Positions 56,143 to 64,000 of a DNA stretch of 64,000 bases are shown here, piece after piece. Origin of the DNA: an uncultured bacterium. GTDB lineage: Bacteria > Actinomycetota > Acidimicrobiia > Acidimicrobiales > VFJN01. Position 1 is the stretch's first letter. Each line of letters begins with the position of its first letter. The stretch covers positions 233,108 through 297,107 of the forward strand of contig CAVQVM010000011.1 in assembly GCA_963717085.1 (NCBI GenBank). Reading direction: 5' to 3'. The notes beneath the pieces were generated by a model. That model saw nothing but the letters and a program-made list of their open reading frames with translations, was not told the DNA's origin and did not search any database. Both the position numbers and the translations under genes were made by a program.

Positions 56143-57288
56143 GTGCCCTTCGACGACGACGCCGAAGCGGATTTCTTCCGGTTCCGTCCGCCGCCGCACC
56201 CCGACGATCGGCTGTGGCGTCACCCGTCGGAGCTGGAGCCGCAGCGAGCCGACGGCGCTGGCGGCCACGACCGGCAGCCCGGACGCCCCTGGGGGGTGGT
56301 GGCGGTCGCGGGCACGGCAGGAGCGGTCCTCGCGGGTGCGGGGGTCCTGGCATTCGGCCTGGGCGAGCGCACCGTCGATCGCCCCGTGGTCGAGCGTGTC
56401 GCCCTCGACACGGTGTCGTCCGCGCCGCGGGCCGATCAGACCACCAATGGCATCCGCCGGCATGTGGCGCCCGCGGTCGTCTCCGTCGAGGGAGGAGGCT
56501 CCGGGATCGTCGTGCGCGACGACGGGATCGTGCTCACGAGCGCCAGCGTCGTCGACGGCGGCGGTCCCCTGAGCGTCCGCCTGCCCGACGGGTCGTCGAC
56601 CGATGCGGAGGTCGTGGGCTCCGACCTGTCGACCGGGATCGCGGTGCTCGACCTGGACGGGCGTGGCTACGAGACCGGCCTGCTGGCCAGCGAGGCGGGG
56701 CTGGTGCAGGGCCAGATGTCCTTCACCGTGAGCTTCGGCTCCACGGGCGGCGCCACCACGGTGGCGGCCCTCGTCGGGGCCACCCGTCGCTACCAGACCC
56801 CGGCCGGCACCACGCTCGACGCCGTCGTCGAGACCACCGGCGACGCACCGGCGCACGCCGTCGGGGGGCCGCTGGTCAACGCCAGCGGGGTGGTGGTCGG
56901 CGTGGTCACCGGCGTCGACGACGGCACCGCTTCCTATGTCGTCCCGGTCGAGGTGGCGCGCAAGGTCGCCGAAGACCTGGTGGCGGTCGGCAAGGTGGAG
57001 CGCTGCTGGCTCGGCATCGAGGGGAGCGATGCCGGCGATCCCGAGGTAGCCGGCGGCGGGGTGCTGATCGCCTCGGTGGCGCCCGACAGCCCGGCCGAGG
57101 ACGGCGGCCTGCGGGTCGGCGACGTCCTCGTCGAGGTCGACGGGCGGATGATCGGCCACGTGCCCGACCTCATGATCACCCTGCGGTCGCGGTCTCCGGG
57201 CGACGAGATCGCGGCAACGGTGGTGCGCGACGACAACCCCACCACAGTGATCGTCACCCTCGGGGGACAGAGCCGGGCCGCCAGCTGA
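56143..57288 (+). CDS. HtrA/S1C-like fold plus PDZ protein lacking the catalytic triad
   Basis: Trypsin-fold landmarks are present but with substitutions: GSGIVVRDDGIVLTSASVV (His position is Ser), STGIAVLDL (Asp position is Gly), HAVGGPLVN (GNSGGPL Ser position is Val). PDZ: GVLIASVAPDSPAEDGGLRVGDVLVEVDG. Start is GTG 56143 or ATG 56077. Confidence 0.7.
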   Translation: MPFDDDAEADFFRFRPPPHPDDRLWRHPSELEPQRADGAGGHDRQPGRPWGVVAVAGTAGAVLAGAGVLAFGLGERTVDRPVVERVALDTVSSAPRADQTTNGIRRHVAPAVVSVEGGGSGIVVRDDGIVLTSASVVDGGGPLSVRLPDGSSTDAEVVGSDLSTGIAVLDLDGRGYETGLLASEAGLVQGQMSFTVSFGSTGGATTVAALVGATRRYQTPAGTTLDAVVETTGDAPAHAVGGPLVNASGVVVGVVTGVDDGTASYVVPVEVARKVAEDLVAVGKVERCWLGIEGSDAGDPEVAGGGVLIASVAPDSPAEDGGLRVGDVLVEVDGRMIGHVPDLMITLRSRSPGDEIAATVVRDDNPTTVIVTLGGQSRAAS

Positions 57289-57333
57289 GCCGGAGCCCGC
57301 GACGCCGCCGTGAGGCGCCCACACCCGCGGACA

Positions 57334-58374
57334 CTAGCGACGCGCGCGCAACAGGCGCCGGGCGGCCAACACCCCGCCGGTGGCGATCGCGGCGACGCCG
57401 GCGGCCGCCAGCCCGAGCGCGATCTCCTGGCGCCGGCGGGGGCTCATCGTGGCCCAGGCACCAGCCTCGAAGGCATCGACGCACGCCTCCTCGTTGGTCA
57501 CCGTGGGCGACCAGCCCTGGGCGCGCAGGCGGTCGTTGGCGATCGTCCACGGGTGCAGCGTGTACGCCACCAGCTCCGGGGGCGTCGGTCCCAGGCCCCA
57601 GCGGAATCCCCAGCGGACCAGGCGGCCCGCCACCCGTTCCGGCAGCGGGACCTTCAGCGGCGCGCCGGTCAGCGAGCGCACCTCGTCGCCCGGGACCGAT
57701 CCATCGGGCGCCACGTTGTAGGTGCCGTCGAGCCGCCGGCTCCGGCCCAGGTGAACGGCCGCCGCGAGGTCGCCCACGTCCAGGAACTGGACCGGGGGCT
57801 CGTCGGCCGTCTCGGGGACCGCCGGTCCCGGCCGCAGCGCGGGCACCAGCCACTCGCGACTGTCGGACCCGGCCGTCCGCGCCGGACGCAGCACGGTGAG
57901 CACCGCACCGGGATGGGCGCTCCGCCACTCGGCCGCCAGCCGCTCGATCTCGGCGCGCTCCGCGGCGAAGGCGAAGCCGGGGTTGGGACGCAGCGTCGCC
58001 TCCTCGGTCAGCGGCACCGGGTTGTTGGGCCAGGCGCCGTAGACGGTGGCGCTCGAGAGGACGACGAGGTGCGCCACCGCGGCATCGCCGGCGGCCTCGA
58101 ACAGCCGGCGGGCCCGGTCGACGTCACTGGTCGGCGCCGTCGGCGACGCCGGCACGGAGGTCGCCAGGTGCACCACGGCGTCGGCGCCCTCGAGGTGCGG
58201 CTTGACGTCGTCAAAGCCGAGGTCGATGCGGCGCACGTCCACGCCGTCGGGCAGACCCACCACGGATCGACCGGCGAGGGCGACCACGGCGCCGACGTCC
58301 GGGTCGCCGGCGGTCAGCGCGGCGACACGGCGGCCGAGCGGCGAGTCGACGCCCGTGATGACGACGGTACCCAT
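57334..58374 (-). CDS. NAD-dependent epimerase/dehydratase-family protein with C-terminal TM helix
   Basis: ATG 58374 (MGTVVITGVDSPLGRRV). SSATVYG region. C-terminal helix IALGLAAAGVAAIATGGVLAA. Confidence 0.75.
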   Translation of the reverse strand: MGTVVITGVDSPLGRRVAALTAGDPDVGAVVALAGRSVVGLPDGVDVRRIDLGFDDVKPHLEGADAVVHLATSVPASPTAPTSDVDRARRLFEAAGDAAVAHLVVLSSATVYGAWPNNPVPLTEEATLRPNPGFAFAAERAEIERLAAEWRSAHPGAVLTVLRPARTAGSDSREWLVPALRPGPAVPETADEPPVQFLDVGDLAAAVHLGRSRRLDGTYNVAPDGSVPGDEVRSLTGAPLKVPLPERVAGRLVRWGFRWGLGPTPPELVAYTLHPWTIANDRLRAQGWSPTVTNEEACVDAFEAGAWATMSPRRRQEIALGLAAAGVAAIATGGVLAARRLLRARR

Positions 58375-58436
58375 GGCTCTTACCTTGCCAGCTGGGACCG
58401 GCTGAAACACCACGGGGTCGGAAGCAGCGCGCCGCG

Positions 58437-59732
58437 GTGGTCGGCGGACCGGGTGGCGATAGCGTCGGGTGGGTGAGCGAGCCTGGCTCTCCCGATCCCT
58501 TCGAGGGATTTCCGCTGTTCGGTGACCTGGCCAAGCTCTTCGGCCAGGGCGGGCGCGGGGTCCCCTGGGACGCCGCCCGCAGCCTGGCACTGGCCGTCGC
58601 CACCGACAACCAGAGCGAGGCCAACGTCGATCCGATCGAGCGCATCAAGCTGGAGCAGCTCGCCCGGGTCGCGGAGCTCCACGTCGCCAACGTCACCGGC
58701 CTATCCACCACCATCACAGGGCGCGAGCTCAAGATCCTGCCGGTGAACCGGGGCCACTGGGCCCAGCGCACGCTGGAGGACTACCGGCCGCTGCTCGAGA
58801 AGCTCGCCGGCTCCCTGGGATCGCCCGACATCGGCGGGCTCGGCGGACCCGGTGGGGTCGGCAGCGAGCTCGATCTCGGCGACGACGCGGCGCTCGGGTT
58901 GGGTCAGGATCCCGACGACCAGCTTGCGGCGATGCTGGGCCCGATGATCCAGGCGATGCAGCCGATGATGGTGGCGATGACCGCGGGATCGATGGTCGGT
59001 CACCTGGCCCGCCGCTCGTTCGGCCAGTACGACCTGCCGATCCCCAGGACGCCTTCGGACGAGCTGTTGATCCTGGTCCCGAACCTCGATGCCTTCGGCG
59101 AGGAGTGGAGCCTGCCGGCCGACGACCTGCGCCTGTGGATCTGCATGCACGAGATCGCCCACCACACCGTGCTCGGCGTCCCGCACGTGCGCGAGCGGCT
59201 CGAGCTCCTGCTGACGCGCTACACGACCAGCTTCCGCACCGATCCCCAAGCCCTCGAGGAGCACCTCGGCGACATCGACCTCGGCGGCGGCCCCGAGTCG
59301 CTGGCCGGGCTCCAACAGGTCCTCGGCGAGCCCGGGGCGCTGCTGGGTGCGATCCAGTCCGACGAGCAGCGGGCGCTGCTCCCCCAGCTGGAGGCGCTGG
59401 TGGCCGTGGTGGTCGGGGTCGTCGATCACGTGATGGACGAGGTGGGCGCCAAGCTGATCAGCAGCTACGGCATGCTGACCGAGGCGCTGCGGCGCCGGCG
59501 CGTGGAGACCGCCGAGGCCGACCGCTTCGTCGAGCGGTTGCTCGGCCTCGAGCTCACCCAGTCGACCTACGACCGCGGCTCGCGCTTCGTGGCCGGCGTG
59601 ATCGAACGGGCTGGGCCCGAGGGGTTGGCCCGGCTGTGGGAGGGCGAGCGGATGATCCCCAGCCCGCCCGAGGTCGACGCCCCGGGGCTGTGGTTGGCGC
59701 GCATCGACCTGCCCGACCTCCCCGCGGAGTAA
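58437..59732 (+). CDS. Zinc-dependent metalloprotease-like protein (DUF2342-type)
   Basis: HExxH motif in LWICMHEIAHHTVLGVPHVRERL. About 430 aa. The start may be the downstream GTG (VSEPGSPDPFEG). Confidence 0.75.
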   Translation: MVGGPGGDSVGWVSEPGSPDPFEGFPLFGDLAKLFGQGGRGVPWDAARSLALAVATDNQSEANVDPIERIKLEQLARVAELHVANVTGLSTTITGRELKILPVNRGHWAQRTLEDYRPLLEKLAGSLGSPDIGGLGGPGGVGSELDLGDDAALGLGQDPDDQLAAMLGPMIQAMQPMMVAMTAGSMVGHLARRSFGQYDLPIPRTPSDELLILVPNLDAFGEEWSLPADDLRLWICMHEIAHHTVLGVPHVRERLELLLTRYTTSFRTDPQALEEHLGDIDLGGGPESLAGLQQVLGEPGALLGAIQSDEQRALLPQLEALVAVVVGVVDHVMDEVGAKLISSYGMLTEALRRRRVETAEADRFVERLLGLELTQSTYDRGSRFVAGVIERAGPEGLARLWEGERMIPSPPEVDAPGLWLARIDLPDLPAE

Positions 59733-59777
59733 TCCGGCCGGCCCTCCGGCGCTACTGCAGCTTCGTGGGGTCGATGA

Positions 59778-61301
59778 TCACCGTGCGGTCGCCTCCGGTG
59801 CCACCGTTGCCGCCATTGCGGCCATTGCGGCGCTCGCCGTCGTCGGGATCGATCGTGGTCGCGTCCACATCGGTGGCTTCGAGGTCCCTGGCGCGGTCGT
59901 AAGGAGGAGGCGGGGGCCGCGGGGCGGCGTTGGTGCGGGCGCCGAGAGTTCCGGAGGCGCGGGCGTGGCGACGTGATCGCCGGCGCCACCCTCACCCTTG
60001 CCACCGCGGCGGCGGGCCTTGACGGCCGCCCGGATGCGGCGGACCACGGGGTTCGGGCGCTGCGCGGGGAGCTGGCCCCGGCCGAGCGCCCGGAGCCCGG
60101 CAACGTAGGAGAACAGTGCGAACCCGCCGCACGCAGCCACCACCAGGAAGCCGATCTGCACGGGGATCGTCACGATCACCGGGATGAACGCCCCGACCAC
60201 CCAGGTGAGCTGGAAGCGGGTCTCGAACTTGGCGAACGACCGCCCCCGGTTGGCGTCCGGGGCGTCGCGCTGCACCACCGAGTCGAACGCCAGCTTGGCG
60301 CTGCTGGCCGAGACCCCGACGCACGCAGCCAGCGTGGTCGCCGCCGCGAGGCCGCCGGTCCACGCAGCCAGCACCGCCGCCACCGTGGTGATGCCGAGCA
60401 CGATCTGCACGATCCGCTCCTCGGGGACGCCGGCCCGCCGCATCGCCGGGGCCACCAGCGCGCCGAGCAGCGACCCCACGCCGCTGGCCGCCAGCACGAG
60501 GCCGAACTCCCAGGCCGCGGCGCCCTGGCTGCGCAGGTAGAAGGCGATCAGGAAGGTGAGGAAGCCGACGATGCCGCGCATGAGCCCCATCGCCGACGCC
60601 GCCAGCACGATCCCGCCGCCCCGCAGCTCGTTGCGTTCCGTCTGTGACGTGTCGTCTTCGGCGACCTGGGTCGGGGGGATCCGGACGCCGAGCACGGCGG
60701 CCACCGTGCAGGCGACGGCCGCAAGGATCAGCACCGCCTGGCTCCCCGCGATGGTGGCCGCGATGCCGGCCGGGACGGCCGCGGCGAAGGTCACGACACC
60801 CGACAGGAACGACAGTTTCGCGTTCGCCTCCACCAGCTCGTCGTCGGACCGCACGACCGTGGGCACGATGGCCGACTTGGCCACGTGGTAGCTCTTCGAC
60901 AGCACCAGCACGGCGAACGCCTCGGGGAACAGCAGCAGGCTGTCGATGTCGCGGATCATCAGGATGGCGAGCACCGCCCGTAGAGCGTTGGCGGCGATCA
61001 CCATCCAGCGACGCCCGCCCTTGACGCGGTCGAGCGTGGGACCGATCAGCGGCGCCACCACCGCGAAGGGCGCCATCGTCAGCGCCAGGTAGAGCGCCAC
61101 GCGGGAGCGGGCCGCGTCAGGATCGATGGATAGGAACAGCGAGTCGGCCAGGGCCAGCGTGATCAGCGTGTCGCCGGCCACCGTTGCGGCATGGGTGCGG
61201 GCCAACCGGGTGAACGGGGTGACGACGAACGCCCCTGCGCCCGTGGGCTTGGGCTGGCCCAGCGGCTGCCACCCGCCGTTGCCGGCGTTAGTCGCCATCA
61301 C
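59778..61301 (-). CDS. MFS transporter with long basic/Pro-rich C-terminal tail
   Basis: About 12 hydrophobic helices (LALADSLFLSIDPDAARSRVALYLALTMAPFAVVAPLIGPTLDR...), then a low-complexity tail. Confidence 0.8.
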   Translation of the reverse strand: MMATNAGNGGWQPLGQPKPTGAGAFVVTPFTRLARTHAATVAGDTLITLALADSLFLSIDPDAARSRVALYLALTMAPFAVVAPLIGPTLDRVKGGRRWMVIAANALRAVLAILMIRDIDSLLLFPEAFAVLVLSKSYHVAKSAIVPTVVRSDDELVEANAKLSFLSGVVTFAAAVPAGIAATIAGSQAVLILAAVACTVAAVLGVRIPPTQVAEDDTSQTERNELRGGGIVLAASAMGLMRGIVGFLTFLIAFYLRSQGAAAWEFGLVLAASGVGSLLGALVAPAMRRAGVPEERIVQIVLGITTVAAVLAAWTGGLAAATTLAACVGVSASSAKLAFDSVVQRDAPDANRGRSFAKFETRFQLTWVVGAFIPVIVTIPVQIGFLVVAACGGFALFSYVAGLRALGRGQLPAQRPNPVVRRIRAAVKARRRGGKGEGGAGDHVATPAPPELSAPAPTPPRGPRLLLTTAPGTSKPPMWTRPRSIPTTASAAMAAMAATVAPEATAR

Positions 61302-61425
61302 GAGCGAGGGTAACGGAGGGTGGAGACGACCCGAGGCAATAACGAACGCCGCCGAAGAGTCGAGGCAATGGCGAACGGTCTTCGTTCGTCATTGCCTCGC
61401 CCTCAGCCCACCGTTCGCGATTGCC

Positions 61426-62148
61426 TCATGCAGTCGCCGCCGTCTTCGGCGTGTCGTACTTGTAGCCCAGGCCGCGGATGGTGACGATGCGGGTGGGTAC
61501 CGACGGGTCCCGCTCGACCTTGGCCCGCAGCCGCTTGATGTGCACGTCGAGGGTCTTGGTGTCGCCGACGTAGTCGGTGCCCCACACCCGGTCGATGAGG
61601 GTCTCGCGGGGTAGCACCCGCCCAGCGTTCGTCAGGAGGATCTCGAGCAGCTCGAACTCCTTGAGCGGGAGGCGCACCTGCTCGCCCCGGATCTCCACCT
61701 CGTGGCGCTCGGGGTCGAGTCGGACATCGCCCACCTGGAGCACGTCGCCGGACGCGGCCCGCGTCCCCGCCTCCGGGGGCCGCCGACGGAGCACCGCCCG
61801 CATGCGCGCCACCAGCTCGCGCAGGCGATAGGGCTTGGTGACGTAGTCGTCGGCACCGACCTCCAGGCCGACCACCGTGTCGATCTCCGACCCCTTGGCG
61901 GTGACCATGATGATGGGCACCGCCGAGCGCCGCCGCAGCTCGCGGCACACGTCCACCCCCGAGACCTTGGGGAGCATCACGTCGAGCAGCACCAGGTCGG
62001 GCTTCACGACGTCGAACAGGTCGAGTGCCTCCGCGCCGTCGTGCGCCACCTGCACACGGAAGCCCTCGCGCTTGAGGCCCACGGTGAGCGCCTCGACGAA
62101 GCTGTCCTCGTCCTCGACGAGGAACACGGTGGCCTCGGGAGTACTCAT
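61426..62148 (-). CDS. regX3: OmpR-family response regulator, RegX3 orthologue
   Basis: ATG 62148 (MSTPEATVFLVEDED...). LLDVMLP, IIMVTAKGSEIDTVVGLEVGADDYVTKPY, LIDRVWGTDYVGDTKTLDVHIKRLRAKVE. Closely parallels the mycobacterial RegX3 sequence as I recall it. Confidence 0.9.
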   Translation of the reverse strand: MSTPEATVFLVEDEDSFVEALTVGLKREGFRVQVAHDGAEALDLFDVVKPDLVLLDVMLPKVSGVDVCRELRRRSAVPIIMVTAKGSEIDTVVGLEVGADDYVTKPYRLRELVARMRAVLRRRPPEAGTRAASGDVLQVGDVRLDPERHEVEIRGEQVRLPLKEFELLEILLTNAGRVLPRETLIDRVWGTDYVGDTKTLDVHIKRLRAKVERDPSVPTRIVTIRGLGYKYDTPKTAATA

Positions 62149-62287
62149 TGCTCCCCGCTCATGCTGCTTCGCAGCGGGCCGCTCGGGCTCCGGCGTGTGA
62201 TCTTCCGCTCTTGCGTGTCGCACGTCACCCTGACGCGGCGGGCCGCTCGGGCCCAAGACTCACTCTCTCGCCCTTCGGGACGCTCGT

Positions 62288-62291
<4 letters not shown>
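62145..62291 (-). repeat. Intercistronic dispersed repeat (copy B) in the senX3-regX3 spacer, with a 48-codon ATGA-coupled mini-ORF
   Basis: The kinase TGA (62290-62288) overlaps ATG 62291. The mini-ORF (MNERPEGRESESWARAARRVRVTCDTQERKITRRSPSGPLRSSMSGEQ) has a TGA (62147-62145) that overlaps regX3 ATG 62148. Confidence 0.8.
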
Positions 62292-63540
<1,249 letters not shown>

Positions 63541-63544
<4 letters not shown>

Positions 63545-63826
63545 GAGCGGAGCTCCTGACCGGTCGACCGTGTGACCGCCAGGGAGCCGGGCGACGATGG
63601 GGTCCGGGGGCGCAGCCCCCGCGGGAGCACGGTCATGAGCGGAGCTCCTGACCGGTCGACCGTGTGACCGCCAGGGAGCCGGGCGACGATGGGGTCCGGG
63701 GGCGCAGCCCCCGCGGGAGCACGGTCATGAGCGGAGCTCCTGACCGGTCGACCGTGCGACCGCCAGGGAGCCGGGCGACGATGGGGTCCGGGGGCGCAGC
63801 CCCCGCGGGAGCACGGTCATGAGCGG
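63541..63826 (-). repeat. 92-bp tandem repeat, 3 full copies plus a 10-bp partial fourth, including the senX3 RBS and start codon
   Basis: Copies at 63541-63632, 63633-63724 (identical to the first) and 63725-63816 (one substitution). TCATGAGCGG recurs at 63817. Confidence 0.95.
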
Positions 63827-63851
63827 GACCCGGGCCCCCCTCGTGGTGCCA

Positions 63852-64000
63852 TCACGCGGTTCTCCTGTCCTCCGTGGGCACGACGTCGAGGACGCCGGCC
63901 ACGTCGACGCGCTCGTCGATGCCGATGCCGCTGAGGGCGGTCACCGACACGAAACCCTGAGCGACGATGGCGGTGTCCGAGTCCGGCGGCAGGTCCGTGT
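63852..64000 (-). CDS. 3' end of a gene, SurE (5'/3'-nucleotidase)-like C-terminus; 5' part outside window
   Basis: The minus frame reads ...TDLPPDSDTAIVAQGFVSVTALSGIGIDERVDVAGVLDVVPTEDRRTA-stop. SDTAIVAQGFVSVTAL resembles the SurE TDxxAVxxGYVSITPL motif. Confidence 0.4.
   Translation of the reverse strand, partial: TDLPPDSDTAIVAQGFVSVTALSGIGIDERVDVAGVLDVVPTEDRRTA

Noticed and set aside
54189-57899. A 1236-aa + strand ORF spanning the mreB, moaE and HtrA-like region.
   Set aside because: It has an Arg/Pro/Gly-rich nonsense composition. It runs antisense to or out of frame with well-supported genes (mreB and moaE motifs on the other strand). This is a typical shadow ORF of very GC-rich DNA.

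Overview
This is a very GC-rich, actinobacterial-type chromosome segment. Shadow ORFs are open in almost every frame, so calls rest on motifs, third-position GC read by eye and operon geometry. No database searches were run.

I call about 65 protein genes, one initiator tRNA-Met, one IS30 transposase remnant, several tandem or dispersed repeats, and a few operator and terminator candidates.

Layout:
- 1-6.5 kb: DHFR-like reductases and a YtrA-type GntR/ABC operon.
- 6.8-27 kb: an oxygenase-rich catabolic island. It holds a BVMO, a Rieske oxygenase, two P450s, a KstD-like flavoprotein, SnoaL/NTF2 proteins, SDRs, an LLM, an amidohydrolase, an M24 pair, a crotonase, a fused CoA-transferase, and MarR/TetR regulators.
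- 27-29.9 kb: a TetR/VOC/UvrA-paralogue module.
- 29.9-34.3 kb: an Fe-S/FAD/LLM operon.
- 34.5-43 kb: mixed accessory genes, including an IS30 remnant, a TAT phosphoesterase, csp, a ferredoxin and an orphan diadenylate-cyclase-domain protein.
- 43.1-51.8 kb: tRNA-fMet plus an envelope cluster (UPF0182, DivIVA-domain protein, PDZ/Lon-like protease).
- 51.8-64 kb: add, bioB, mreB, moaE, a triad-less HtrA-like protein, an MFS transporter and senX3-regX3.

The main hunt result is two kinds of intercistronic repeat that preserve translation through overlapping stop/start codons:
- A dispersed family has three copies, at 32792-32926, 53063-53262 and 62145-62291.
- A 92-bp unit is repeated three times in tandem directly upstream of the senX3-like gene.
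- Element lengths are 3n+2, and the mini-ORFs are joined to their neighbours by ATGA overlaps.
- One copy sits in the senX3-regX3 spacer. As I recall, that is the design and locus of mycobacterial MIRUs, but the sequence here is different.

Secondary leads are a shared 18-bp palindromic operator in the catabolic island, the orphan DAC-domain protein, a catalytically stripped HtrA/PDZ protein, and a DivIVA-domain gene apparently frameshifted inside a 12-bp repeat.
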